From NCBI RefSeq assembly GCF_035655815.1, contig NZ_DASRTS010000035.1, positions 26,050-90,049 on the forward strand: 64,000 nucleotides of DNA. The letters run 5' to 3'. A program made the translations under genes and the position numbers. This DNA is from Lysobacter sp. (lineage in GTDB: Bacteria > Pseudomonadota > Gammaproteobacteria > Xanthomonadales > Xanthomonadaceae). Position 1 is the first letter of the stretch, and the number at the start of each line of letters is the position of its first letter. The notes under the pieces were generated by a model that made no database searches, was not told where the DNA came from, and worked only from the letters and a program-made list of their open reading frames with translations. Positions 1-8,907 of the stretch are shown here, piece after piece.

Positions 1-39
1 CTGCGGTGACCCGGCCTCGTCTTCAACTACGGCTAATGC

Positions 40-68
40 GGTCGCCGCGCCGCGAGGGCGCGGCGACC
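40..68 (-). terminator. GC-rich hairpin downstream of the histone-like gene (12-bp stem, 5-nt loop, no U-tract)
   Basis: Perfect inverted repeat GGTCGCCGCGCC / GGCGCGGCGACC at 40-51 / 57-68, just beyond the minus-strand stop at 82-84. There is no T-run after it on the minus strand, so it may be a stability or REP hairpin rather than an intrinsic terminator. Confidence 0.35.
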
Positions 69-81
69 AATCGGGGCTTGC

Positions 82-666
82 TTACTTGCTGGCAGCTTTC
101 TTCGCGACCTTCTTGGCGGGTCGCTTGGCTGCCTTGGTCGCGGCCTTCTTGGTGGGCCGCTTTACTGCCTTGGCCGCCTTGCTGGCGGCGGTTCCGGTGG
201 CCGCCTTGCGGGTGGTCTTCCTGGCGGCGGTTTTCTTGACGGCGACCTTCCTGGTCGTCTTGCGCGCGGCGGTCACGGCCTTCTTCGCCTTGGCCGTCTT
301 CTTGGCGGCCTTGCGCTTGGCGGCGCCAACGTCGCGCTTGGCGGTGCCCTTGGCCTTGGCCACCGCGGTCTTGCCAGCCTTGCGGGCGGACTTCACCTGC
401 TTGGCCGCCTTCTTCTTGGCGGTGGTCGCCTCGCGCTTGAGCGTGGCGGCCTCCTTGCGTGCCTTGGCGCTGGCCTCGGCGAGCTTCTTCTTCGCCTTGC
501 CGACCGCCTTCCTGGCGGCCTTGCGTGCGTTCTCGACGGCTTCGCGTGCGCTGGTCACGGCGTCGTCGGCGCGCTGCATGACCGCGTGACTGATGTTGGT
601 GGCCGTGTCCTTCACGTTATCGGCGGCCTGTGTCAGGGTCGCCGTCACTCCGTTGCCATTGCTCAT
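82..666 (-). CDS. Lys/Ala-rich histone H1-like / AlgP-like basic DNA-binding protein
   Basis: 194-aa ORF. A short non-repetitive N-terminus is followed by AKKA/KKAA/TRK-type low-complexity basic repeats. ATG at 664-666 is preceded by a GGAGGG RBS. Confidence 0.7.
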   Translation of the reverse strand: MSNGNGVTATLTQAADNVKDTATNISHAVMQRADDAVTSAREAVENARKAARKAVGKAKKKLAEASAKARKEAATLKREATTAKKKAAKQVKSARKAGKTAVAKAKGTAKRDVGAAKRKAAKKTAKAKKAVTAARKTTRKVAVKKTAARKTTRKAATGTAASKAAKAVKRPTKKAATKAAKRPAKKVAKKAASK

Positions 667-1081
667 GTGTGCCCTCCTGACGGGCGTCTCATTCGTTTGG
701 CGGTCGGTAATCGGGGTGGTGCGTGAGCGATGCTATACCTGCTGCATGCACGCGCAACGACACGCATCGCGCGGGCCTGCAACTGCAACACGAACGCGGA
801 GCCGGCCCGGGTTCCGCGTGCAGCACGAAGCGCGATGTCCTTTGCCGCGCTACTCCATTCCGATGGAAACCGCGCGCCTGGCGCGCTGCCGGAAGCCGAT
901 GCAGGCCGCCATTGGCGACCTGCGCCCGCCCCGGCCTGTTCCCGCTCGGCCGGACCCTGCTGCGGGGCAAATATTGCACATCCGGACGCGCCTGACCACT
1001 AGATGTTGGGTCGGGTTGGGCGGTCCGCAACTGGCGAGCATGGGCCCGGGCGGCTGAATGCGCTCGGCCGCCGGGGCTGGT

Positions 1082-1795
1082 TCAGGCCGGCGATCGGGAG
1101 TCCTGCGCGGTGCGGCCTCCGGCCAGCGGCAGGACGGGCTCGATCAGCGCACGCGCATGCACCAGGGATTCGACGACACGGTGGCCGAGCGAGCGCGTGG
1201 CCTCGTCGGGATGGACAAGGTCCGGCACCTGGATCGGCGTCATGCCGGCGGCGAGCGCGGCGCGCACGCCGGGGCCGGAGTCTTCCAGCACCACGCAGCG
1301 CGCGGGCTCCACGCCCAGGCGCTGCGCGGCCAGCAGGTAGATGTCCGGCGCGGGCTTGGCGTGGGCCACGTCGCTGCCGGTGATCACGTCGTGGAAATGC
1401 GGCAGCAGGCCGCAGCGCTCCAGCTTCTGCAGCGCGCGGTCGCGACGCGTGGAAGTGGCGACTGCGCGCGGGATGCCGCGCTCGTCCAGCAGTTGCAGCA
1501 GTTCGATCACGCCGGCCTTGAGCGGCAGCCCGGCTTCGACGTGTGCGTCGTAGCGCAGCTGCAGCTCGTGCAGCAGCGCGGCCACCTGCTCCTCGGCCAG
1601 CCGCTCGCGCAGCATGTCGTGGCAGACGCGGTCGGATAGGCCCACGAACGACAGCCACAGCGCGTCGTCCAGCGTCAGCCCCAGGTGCTGCGACGACTCG
1701 CGCCAGCACTGCAACAGCGCGCGCTCGCTTTCGATCATCAGGCCGTCCATGTCGAACAGGACCGCGGCGGGGGCGAAATCGATGGGCAGGCTCAT
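1082..1795 (-). CDS. HAD-superfamily hydrolase, subfamily IA (beta-phosphoglucomutase/phosphatase-like)
   Basis: DMDGLMIESE (DxDG motif I), a later TS motif, and K...EDSGPGVRAALAAGM (motifs III/IV). Start moved to the internal ATG at 1793-1795 (MSLPIDF...), which overlaps the rsuA stop by 4 nt. Confidence 0.8.
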   Translation of the reverse strand: MSLPIDFAPAAVLFDMDGLMIESERALLQCWRESSQHLGLTLDDALWLSFVGLSDRVCHDMLRERLAEEQVAALLHELQLRYDAHVEAGLPLKAGVIELLQLLDERGIPRAVATSTRRDRALQKLERCGLLPHFHDVITGSDVAHAKPAPDIYLLAAQRLGVEPARCVVLEDSGPGVRAALAAGMTPIQVPDLVHPDEATRSLGHRVVESLVHARALIEPVLPLAGGRTAQDSRSPA

Positions 1796-2505
1796 GTGGA
1801 TTGCGTGGCTCCGAACAGGCGTTGCAGGTCGGCATCGTCGAGCAGGCGCCACTGGCCCGCTGGCAGATCGCCGAGTTCAAGACCGCCGATGCGGCTGCGG
1901 TGCAGCGTGTCGACGTGATTGCCAACCGCGGCGAACATGCGGCGCACCTGGTGGTAGCGGCCTTCGGTCAGCGTGAGTGCGGCGTGGCGCGGGTCGGCCA
2001 CGTGCAGCTGCGCGGGCGCGAGCGGCGTGGTTTCCGACTCCAGCATCAGCGTGCCGCTGGCGAACACCTCGCCCTCGTCGCCGCGCAGGTCGTGCGCGAG
2101 CGTGGCCTCGTACACCTTCGCCAGCTTCGCCTTGGGCGAGACGATGCGATGCAGCAGCGTGCCGTCGTCGGTCATCAGCAGCAGGCCGCTGGTGTCGCGG
2201 TCCAGCCGGCCGACGCTGGACAGCAGTGGCGAACGCAGGCGGAAGCGCGGCGGCAGCAGCTCGTAGATGACGCGGCCGGGATCCTTCGTCGAGCAGGTGT
2301 AGCCGACCGGCTTGTGCAGCATCAGCGCCATGCCGGCGGGCGGATCGAGCGGCTCGCCGTCGATGCGGATGGTGTCGAACGGCACCTTGTCGTCGGCGTA
2401 CAGCACCTCGCCCGCGGCATCGGTAACGAGACCTTCGCGGAACATCGCGGCGACGTCCTTGCGGCTGCCGTAGCCGAGGTTGGCGATCAGCTTGACCAGT
2501 TTCAT
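1792..2505 (-). CDS. rsuA: 16S rRNA pseudouridine synthase (RsuA family)
   Basis: N-terminal S4-like region (MKLVKLIANLGYGSRKDV), catalytic GRLDRDTSGLLLMTDDG motif and HQVRRMF motif. ATG at 2503-2505 with an upstream GGAGCC RBS. Confidence 0.85.
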   Translation of the reverse strand: MKLVKLIANLGYGSRKDVAAMFREGLVTDAAGEVLYADDKVPFDTIRIDGEPLDPPAGMALMLHKPVGYTCSTKDPGRVIYELLPPRFRLRSPLLSSVGRLDRDTSGLLLMTDDGTLLHRIVSPKAKLAKVYEATLAHDLRGDEGEVFASGTLMLESETTPLAPAQLHVADPRHAALTLTEGRYHQVRRMFAAVGNHVDTLHRSRIGGLELGDLPAGQWRLLDDADLQRLFGATQST

Positions 2506-3563
2506 CGTGAGGCTCCTTCGCCCGCGCGCACCGCTTCGACCACCTTGAATCCGTCCTGCTGCGCCACCGTGCGCACCTGCGCGAAGTGCGCGGCGAGTTC
2601 GGCCTCGTACGGCAGGTGGCGATTGGCGACCAGCCACAGCCGGCCGCGCGGCTTCAGCGACTGCGCAGCCACCGCGATGAAGCGGCGGCCCAGATCAGGC
2701 CGGTCCGCGCGCGACTGCGCATGGAACGGCGGATTGCACACGATGGCGTCGTAGCGATGCTCCAGGCCGCGCGTGACGTCGTGCCAGTGGAACTGCAGCT
2801 TCACGCGCGGCGCGAACTCCGCCAGGTTGGTGCGCGCCAGTTCCAGCGCGCGCAACTCGGCTTCGTAGAGATCCAGCGCGGTGATCTGCGGACAGCGGGT
2901 CAGCAGTTCGCTCGACAGATAGGCGTAGCCGGCGCCGAGATCGGCGGCATGGCCGGAAAGATCGGTCGGCAGGTGCCCGGCCAGCAGGCGCGACGCCGCA
3001 TCGATGCGGTCCCACGCGAACACACCGGGGCGGCTGACGAAGCGCCCGTCGGCGATGGGCCGCGGCGCGTCGGCCTGCAACCATTGCTGCATGAGGTCCG
3101 CATCGGCAGGTCCATCCAGCGGCGCGGTCCAGAACACGCGGCACTTGTGCTTGGATTCGCTCGACAACGGCCCGGCCAGGCGCGCGAGATCGGCCTCGCC
3201 GGACTTCGCGCCTTCGTTGTTGGGCAGGCAGGCCACCACGCGTCCGCCGGGTGCGCAGCGTGCGACCGCGCGCGCAAGCAGCGCACGCGATTCCTCGCGC
3301 TGGCGCGGCGGCAGCACCAGCACCAGCGGATGGCGCTGCGCGTCGTCAGCCTCGACGAGGCTGAAACCGGAACGCTGCAGCGCATCGGCTTCGGGCCGCC
3401 AGCTCTGCTCGCACACCAGCCCGGGCCATGCGCGCTGGTGCAGCGGCCAGCCTTCGCGCGCGCGCAGGAACAACGCGCCGCCTTGCGCGGGCCACGCAAG
3501 CAAACCGTCCATGAACGGCATGAACAGGGTCGGCAGTGCGACGTCGCCTTCGTCGGCGCGCAT
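2502..3563 (-). CDS. rsmC: Class I SAM-dependent rRNA (guanine-N2)-methyltransferase, RsmC/RlmG family
   Basis: DLGAGYAYLS SAM-binding loop, VCNPPFH catalytic motif and LWLVANRHLPYE...GFKVVEA C-terminus. At about 353 aa the size fits RsmC. The start was chosen at ATG 3561-3563; the 555-aa track ORF is an upstream over-extension. The 4-nt overlap with rsuA suggests an operon. Confidence 0.7.
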   Translation of the reverse strand: MRADEGDVALPTLFMPFMDGLLAWPAQGGALFLRAREGWPLHQRAWPGLVCEQSWRPEADALQRSGFSLVEADDAQRHPLVLVLPPRQREESRALLARAVARCAPGGRVVACLPNNEGAKSGEADLARLAGPLSSESKHKCRVFWTAPLDGPADADLMQQWLQADAPRPIADGRFVSRPGVFAWDRIDAASRLLAGHLPTDLSGHAADLGAGYAYLSSELLTRCPQITALDLYEAELRALELARTNLAEFAPRVKLQFHWHDVTRGLEHRYDAIVCNPPFHAQSRADRPDLGRRFIAVAAQSLKPRGRLWLVANRHLPYEAELAAHFAQVRTVAQQDGFKVVEAVRAGEGASR

Positions 3564-3701
3564 GTACGGGTCCGTGCGTGTGATGGCCGTCAATTCTACG
3601 CAAGCCCCGCGGACTTCGCCGATGCCCGCCGCGGCGGCTTCATGCGGATTCAACGCGCGCCGGGCGACGATGACCGGCGTATCAATCGCAGGAGAAACGC
3701 G

Positions 3702-3962
3702 ATGCGCGCCCTTTTCGTCGGTGGTGTGGTCGACAACAGCGAACTCGATCTGGACGGCGCCGAGCCGCCGATGCACTACCCCGAGAACACCGGTGGCGGA
3801 CAACCCCGTTACCGTCTGCACCAGATCGGCCTGCGCGATGGCGAGATCGCGTATGCCGTCTACGGCGCGCCGGAACTGGCGCACGAGGAAGTGGACCGCG
3901 TGGTGCGCGAACGCGACTATCCGCGGCGTTTCAGCGCAAGGCCGCAGGGTGTTGTGCAGTAG
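3702..3962 (+). CDS. Hypothetical small protein (86 aa)
   Basis: ATG at 3702 is preceded by GGAGAA 7-8 nt upstream. Amino-acid composition is balanced (D/E/Y/V rich), unlike the Arg/Ala shadow ORFs. It is divergent from rsmC. No recognisable domain. Confidence 0.45.
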   Translation: MRALFVGGVVDNSELDLDGAEPPMHYPENTGGGQPRYRLHQIGLRDGEIAYAVYGAPELAHEEVDRVVRERDYPRRFSARPQGVVQ

Positions 3963-4196
3963 CGCGATGCCGGTTGCGATGCGTATGTAGCCCGGGCAAG
4001 GCCGCAAGTCGCACCCGGGTTGCGGCGAGGCGATACCCGGGGTGCTTCGCCTACTTGGGCCAGCTTGCGGCGACGCTTCGTTCATCGCACCGCCGCCCTC
4101 CATGGCGCAACCGTGGAACGAACGGACCACCCGGCCCGACCATCCATGGTCGTGCGTTCGGCAGACCACGCGGCCGTGCCGCGTAAGCGGCCTACC

Positions 4197-6695
4197 TCAC
4201 CCCTGCAGCTCGCGCAGCGTCACCGACGGTGGCGCATCGAGAACGCGCCGTGTCGCGAACAGGCCGGCCAGCAACGCGGCCAGCACGCCCAGCGCGGCAC
4301 CGACGGCGGCCATGCGCCAGTCCGGTTCCCACGGCAGGTCGAACACCTGCGTGGCCACCACGCCGGCCAGCACCGAGGCCGCGATGGCGGCAGTGAGGCC
4401 TGACAGAAGGCCGATGGCGGCGAACTCCGATGCCTGCGCCAGTCGCAACTGGCGACGGCTACCGCCAATGGCGCGCATCACGCCGCCTTCGAGCAGGCGT
4501 TCGTCCTGGCTCGCGCTCACTGCGGCCATCAGCACCAGCAGACCGGCCACCAGCGAGAAATAGAAGACCACTTCGACCACCGTCGACACCTGGTCGGCCG
4601 TGCTGCGCACCTGCTTGAGCACGGCGTCGATGTCGATGACCGACAGGTTGGGGAAGCGCTCCACCAGATCCGCGGTGAAGCGCGTGCGTTGCGGCGGCAC
4701 GCTGACCGCGGTGATGTGGCTGGCCGGGAATCCGTCCAGCGAACCCGGCGAGGCGATCACGAAGAAGTTGGGACGGAAGCTCTCCCATTCCACGCTGCGC
4801 AGGCTGGTGATGGTGCCGGTGAACGCCTGGCCGGCGATGTCGAACGAGATGCGGTCGCCGATCTTCCAGCCCAGGCGCTCGGCGAACTCCTCCTCCACCG
4901 ACACTTCCGGCTTCGCGGGCTTGCGCCCGTTCCAGAACTCGCCGGCGGTGACGCGGTTGTCGTCGCGCAGGTGGTCGGCCACCGACAGGTTGAACTCGCG
5001 TTCGGCCAGGCGCTGCGCGCGTGCGCCCTGTTCGACGTAATCCTTGCCGGTCACCGGCTTGCCGTTGTGGGCGACCAGACGGCCGCGGATCATCGGATAC
5101 AACGTCGGCGGCGCCACGCCCTGCTCGGCGATGAAGGCGCGCACGTCGGCGACCTGGTCGTCCTGCACATTGATGATGAAGCGGTTGGGCGCTTCCTCGG
5201 CCAGCGCGAGCTGCCAGCGGTCCAGCAGGTCGGTGCGCACGAAGGTGAGCAGCAGCAGTGCCATCAGGCCAAGGCCCAGCGCCGACACCTGCGCGATGCT
5301 CGCGCCCGCACGCCGGCTGACGTTGGCCAGGCCGTAGCGCAGGCTGCCGCGCAGGCGCGAACGCGCGCGGCGCACCACCACGATCAGCAACCACGCCAGC
5401 AGCGCGAGCACCGCCAGCGTCGCGACGATGCCCAGCAGCATCGACAGGCCCAGTGCCGCCGAGCCGGCCTTCCACCACAGCAGCGCCGCCAGACCGCCGA
5501 GACCCGCGATGGCGACGAGCCACGCGCTGGGCTCCGTCGGATCGAGATCGCGGCGCAGCACGCGCAGCGCGGGCACGCGGCGCAGCGCGAGCACCGGCGG
5601 CGCACCGAACGCCATCAGCACCACCAGGCCGACGCCGTACCCCTGCACCGCCGGCATCCAGCCCGCCGGCGGAATCGACAACTTCAGCGCCTGCGCCAGC
5701 CAGCCGCCGATGGCCCACTGCAACGCGAACGCGAGCGCGACGCCCACGCTGCTGGCAATGAGTCCCAGCATCAGCAACTCGCCCAGTTGGATGCCGACCA
5801 GCGTGCGCTGGCTGGCACCCAGGCAGCGCATCACGGCCGAACCGGACAGATGCCGCGCGCTATGCCGGCGCGCCGCCATCGCCACCGCCACCGCAGCCAG
5901 CACCACCGACACGAGCGCCGCCAGGCCTAGGAAGCGGCCGGCACGATCGAGTGCGGAGCGGATCTCCGGACGCGCGTCGGAAATGGTTTCCAGCCGCTGT
6001 CCGCGGCCGAGCGCCGGTTTGGCCATGGCGACGAATTGCTCCACGGCCGACGCGGGCCCGGCGATCACCAGCCGATAGCGGATGCGGCTGCCTTCCTGCA
6101 CCAGGCCCGTGGACGGCACGTCGGCCAGGTTGAGGAACACCTTCGGCGCGACGTTGAAGTAATCCAGCGCGGCATCCGGCTCCTGCACCACCAGCGCGGC
6201 GAGGCGGAAGCGCGCATCGCCCAGCGATACCTCATCGCCCACGCGCGCGCCGAGCGTGTCCGCGCCGGCACGGCTCATCCACACGGTGCCGCGTGCGGGC
6301 ACGTCGCCTGCGTCGCGTTCGACACCGCCTGCGTCGACGATGCGGAAACTTCCGCGCAACGGAAAGCCGCTGCCCAACGCACGCAGATCGCCGAGCTGCA
6401 GGCGCTCGCCGGCGCGGATCATGGTCTGCAGTTCCATCGTCTCGGTGCGCTGCAGCTGCGGCGCGTTGGCCGCCTCGCGCACCGCGCCGGTGATGGGCGT
6501 ATCGCCGCGCACCACCGCATCGCCGCCGAGCAGGCGATTGGCTTCGATGGCGAGCGCACGCTCCGCACGGTCCGTCACGAAGCCGACCGCCGTGACCGCG
6601 AGCACCGCCAGCACCAGCGCCGCGATCAGGATGCGCACGTCGCCCGCCGCGAGATCGCGGCGCAGCTGGCGCCACGCGAGCGTGAACGTCCTCAT
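4197..6695 (-). CDS. ybbP: ABC transporter permease with duplicated FtsX-type domains (YbbP-like)
   Basis: 832 aa with two blocks of hydrophobic helices separated by large soluble loops. Its start overlaps the upstream ATPase stop (ATGA). The tesA / ybbA-ybbP divergent synteny matches that of enterobacteria. Confidence 0.8.
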   Translation of the reverse strand: MRTFTLAWRQLRRDLAAGDVRILIAALVLAVLAVTAVGFVTDRAERALAIEANRLLGGDAVVRGDTPITGAVREAANAPQLQRTETMELQTMIRAGERLQLGDLRALGSGFPLRGSFRIVDAGGVERDAGDVPARGTVWMSRAGADTLGARVGDEVSLGDARFRLAALVVQEPDAALDYFNVAPKVFLNLADVPSTGLVQEGSRIRYRLVIAGPASAVEQFVAMAKPALGRGQRLETISDARPEIRSALDRAGRFLGLAALVSVVLAAVAVAMAARRHSARHLSGSAVMRCLGASQRTLVGIQLGELLMLGLIASSVGVALAFALQWAIGGWLAQALKLSIPPAGWMPAVQGYGVGLVVLMAFGAPPVLALRRVPALRVLRRDLDPTEPSAWLVAIAGLGGLAALLWWKAGSAALGLSMLLGIVATLAVLALLAWLLIVVVRRARSRLRGSLRYGLANVSRRAGASIAQVSALGLGLMALLLLTFVRTDLLDRWQLALAEEAPNRFIINVQDDQVADVRAFIAEQGVAPPTLYPMIRGRLVAHNGKPVTGKDYVEQGARAQRLAEREFNLSVADHLRDDNRVTAGEFWNGRKPAKPEVSVEEEFAERLGWKIGDRISFDIAGQAFTGTITSLRSVEWESFRPNFFVIASPGSLDGFPASHITAVSVPPQRTRFTADLVERFPNLSVIDIDAVLKQVRSTADQVSTVVEVVFYFSLVAGLLVLMAAVSASQDERLLEGGVMRAIGGSRRQLRLAQASEFAAIGLLSGLTAAIAASVLAGVVATQVFDLPWEPDWRMAAVGAALGVLAALLAGLFATRRVLDAPPSVTLRELQG

Positions 6696-7393
6696 GACGA
6701 CACCAGGCGACCGCTGTCCAGGCGCAGCAGGCGGCTGCAGCGCGACGCCAGGTGTTCGTCGTGCGTGACCAGCACGAGCGTGGTGCCGGCGTGCGCGTTG
6801 AGTTCGAACAGCAGCTCGATGATGGCCTGGCCGGTGTGCGTGTCGAGGTTGCCTGTAGGTTCGTCGGCGAACAGCAGCGAAGGCTGCGTCACGAACGCGC
6901 GCGCCAGCGCGACGCGCTGCTGCTCGCCGCCGGACAACTGGCGCGGGTAGTGGCCCAGGCGCTGGCCCAGCCCGACCTTCTCCAGGATGCCGCGGGCGGG
7001 CGCCTCGACTTCGCGATCGCCGCGCAGTTCGAGCGGCAGCATCACGTTCTCCAGCGCAGTCAGCGACGGCAGCAGCTGGAAGTTCTGGAACACGAAGCCG
7101 ACCTTCTCGCCGCGCACGCGCGCACGGCCGTCTTCATCCAGCGTCGACAGCGGCTCACCACCCAGCGTCACACGCCCGCTGCTGGGCGTGTCCAGCCCAG
7201 CGAGCAACGACAGCAGCGTGCTCTTGCCCGAACCCGAGGCTCCCACTATCGCCACGGTGTCGCCGTGCGCGATGTCGAACGACACATCATCCAGGATGGT
7301 GAGTTCGCCCGACGGCAGCATCACGCGCTTGCCGAGGCCGGCAACCTGAAGCACGGCGGAAGTGGTGGTACGCGGCGCGATGGAATCGGCCAT
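6692..7393 (-). CDS. ybbA: ABC transporter ATP-binding protein (YbbA/LolD-like)
   Basis: Walker A GASGSGKSTLL, signature LSGGEQQRVALARA, Walker B LLFADEPTGNLD, and H-loop VLVTHD. Start set at ATG 7391-7393 (MADSIAP...). Confidence 0.85.
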   Translation of the reverse strand: MADSIAPRTTTSAVLQVAGLGKRVMLPSGELTILDDVSFDIAHGDTVAIVGASGSGKSTLLSLLAGLDTPSSGRVTLGGEPLSTLDEDGRARVRGEKVGFVFQNFQLLPSLTALENVMLPLELRGDREVEAPARGILEKVGLGQRLGHYPRQLSGGEQQRVALARAFVTQPSLLFADEPTGNLDTHTGQAIIELLFELNAHAGTTLVLVTHDEHLASRCSRLLRLDSGRLVSS

Positions 7394-7538
7394 GATGGTC
7401 CTTATGCTGGTGGAGCCCGGGCGGGGTTCTTCGATCATCGGGAGCAAGGATTAAATGTTCTTTAAAGATCTGTTCTACGGCGCATCCGTGCCGTCCATGA
7501 GGGCATATGGCCGATCACGCGGCCTCGTGCAATGTGCC

Positions 7539-8180
7539 ATGCGCTGGGTTGCGGCGATGTCGCTGGCCTTGGCCGTTGCCCTGCCCGCGTCCGCGCAGAC
7601 CGCGGCGAAGGCCACGCCCGCACCGAAGCCGGCACGCACGGTGCTGGTAATGGGCGATTCGCTGTCGGCCGGATACGGGCTGACTGCATCGCAGGGCTGG
7701 GTGGCGCTGACCGCGGACCGCATCGCGAAAACGAAGCCGGGCTGGCGCGTGGTCAACGCGAGCATCAGCGGCGAAACCACCGCCGGTGGTGCCGCGCGCA
7801 TCGATGGCGAACTCAAGCGGAACAAGCCGTCAGTGGTGGTGATCGAACTGGGCGCCAACGATGGCCTGCGCGGATTGCCGCTGGCGCAGTCGCGCAGCAA
7901 TCTCGATCGCATGATCCGTGCATCGAAGGCCGCCGGTGCGAAGGTATTGCTGATCGGCATGCGTATGCCGCCGAACCTGGGCCGCGAGTACACGCAGGGA
8001 TTCAGCGACAACTACGCCGCATTGACGAAGCAGCATGGCGTGGCGTTGCTGCCGTTCCTGCTGGAGCCGATCGCACTGGATCGCAATGCGTTCCAGGACG
8101 ACAACCTGCATCCGGTCGCAACCGCGCAACCAAAGCTGCGCGATCACGTGTGGATGCAGCTCGAGCCATTACTGCGATGA
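7539..8180 (+). CDS. tesA: SGNH/GDSL arylesterase / acyl-CoA thioesterase I (TesA-like), secreted
   Basis: Signal peptide MRWVAAMSLALAVALPASAQ, GDSLSAGYG block I, GANDGLRG block III, and DNLHP block V. Divergent from ybbA. Upstream in-frame starts exist (7455, 7497). Confidence 0.85.
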   Translation: MRWVAAMSLALAVALPASAQTAAKATPAPKPARTVLVMGDSLSAGYGLTASQGWVALTADRIAKTKPGWRVVNASISGETTAGGAARIDGELKRNKPSVVVIELGANDGLRGLPLAQSRSNLDRMIRASKAAGAKVLLIGMRMPPNLGREYTQGFSDNYAALTKQHGVALLPFLLEPIALDRNAFQDDNLHPVATAQPKLRDHVWMQLEPLLR

Positions 8181-8270
8181 CAGCGAGCCGGATCCGCGAA
8201 CAGGAATTCCATCGCACGCATCGACCACGCATCTACCGCGTGTCTACCAATCATTTCCCGACGAACGGTC

Positions 8271-8299
8271 TTGCATTCAAATTTACGAATGCGTAACGT
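8271..8299 (+). promoter_or_regulatory. Candidate sigma70 promoter (TTGCAT-N17-TAACGT) in a locally AT-rich patch
   Basis: The hexamers and 17-nt spacer were read directly from the sequence. It sits about 90 nt after the tesA stop and about 185 nt upstream of an intrinsic terminator. Confidence 0.35.
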
Positions 8300-8305
8300 G
8301 CGCGG

Positions 8306-8522
8306 CCTTCGCAGTCACACATCAATTTGATCTTCGCAACGCCATGAACATTTTCTTCCCCATCGCCCAGCACGACGCACGCAAGCCCAACGGCTTCGGT
8401 CTGCGTGCGCGCGACGAACACGGCCACTGCGACTGATCTCCTGCACACGGGAGGTCGGTCACCCCGACCTCCCGAGGAACGCGAACGCCCTCGGGTCCGC
8501 AACCCGGGGGCGTTTTCTTTTT
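8306..8522 (+). ncRNA. Candidate ~215-nt independent transcript (sRNA or tiny-ORF mRNA) bounded by a promoter and an intrinsic terminator
   Basis: Predicted TSS lies downstream of the 8271-8299 promoter. There is a perfect 10-bp hairpin at 8449-8473 and a terminator at 8484-8522. The contained 30-codon ORF (8344-8436) has no Shine-Dalgarno sequence. Confidence 0.3.
8484..8522 (+). terminator. Rho-independent terminator
   Basis: 12-bp stem AACGCCCTCGGG / CCCGGGGGCGTT (one G-U pair), 7-nt loop, followed by TTCTTTTTGG. Confidence 0.75.
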
Positions 8523-8837
8523 GGCGTTCGCAAAGGCCAACACACGATCACAACGCGATTGCATCGCGCGATCCCGAAGCATCCGGAACATGCTGGTTTC
8601 GAGGCAGGGAACGCCGTGAAGCGCTGATGCGCTGTGCCTGGATGCTTCGGCACGGGCGGCACGCGGATGCACTCGCACAACGGATTGATGTCTTCGGGTT
8701 CGCCGCCCGGAGGCGTCAGTGCACGGCACATCGGCGGAACATCCACAGCGGCACGGGTTCGTGGCGGAAGCCTCACCCTTCCGGTGCGCGCGGCGCTGCC
8801 GTGGCGTATGCCGTGGATCGATGCAGTGTGTCGTGAG

Positions 8838-8907
8838 CGGACGATAGCTCAGCAGGAAGAGCATCGGCTTCACGCCGACGCCACCGGTTCGAATCCGGTT
8901 CGTCCAC
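8838..8907 (+). ncRNA. tRNA-like element 1 (non-canonical: truncated anticodon arm, C1-A72 mismatch)
   Basis: Canonical D-arm (TA GCTC AGCAGGAA GAGC) and T-arm (ACCGG TTCGAAT CCGGT). Acceptor CGGACGA / TCGTCCA gives 6 bp plus a terminal C-A mismatch. The anticodon arm is TCGGC-TTCAC-GCCGA, a 5-nt rather than 7-nt loop. Total length is about 70 nt. The 3' end reads ...TCGTCC-ACCA if the stem is taken as 6 bp. Confidence 0.6.

Noticed and set aside
2586-3962. 458-aa plus-strand ORF
   Set aside because: Most of it is antisense to the rsmC-like methyltransferase and has shadow-ORF composition. Only its last 86 codons (3702-3962), which have their own RBS, are retained as a possible small CDS.
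3975-4060. REP-like element GTAGCCCGGGCAAGGCCGCAAGTCGCACCCGGG...CCCGGGGTGCTTCGCCTAC
   Set aside because: There is only one copy in the window and the inverted symmetry is weak. That is insufficient to call it a repeat-family member without a genome-wide search.
8344-8436. 30-codon ORF as a leader peptide or micro-protein CDS
   Set aside because: No Shine-Dalgarno sequence, no downstream gene to attenuate before the terminator, and no recognisable regulatory codon run. It is retained only inside the candidate sRNA feature.
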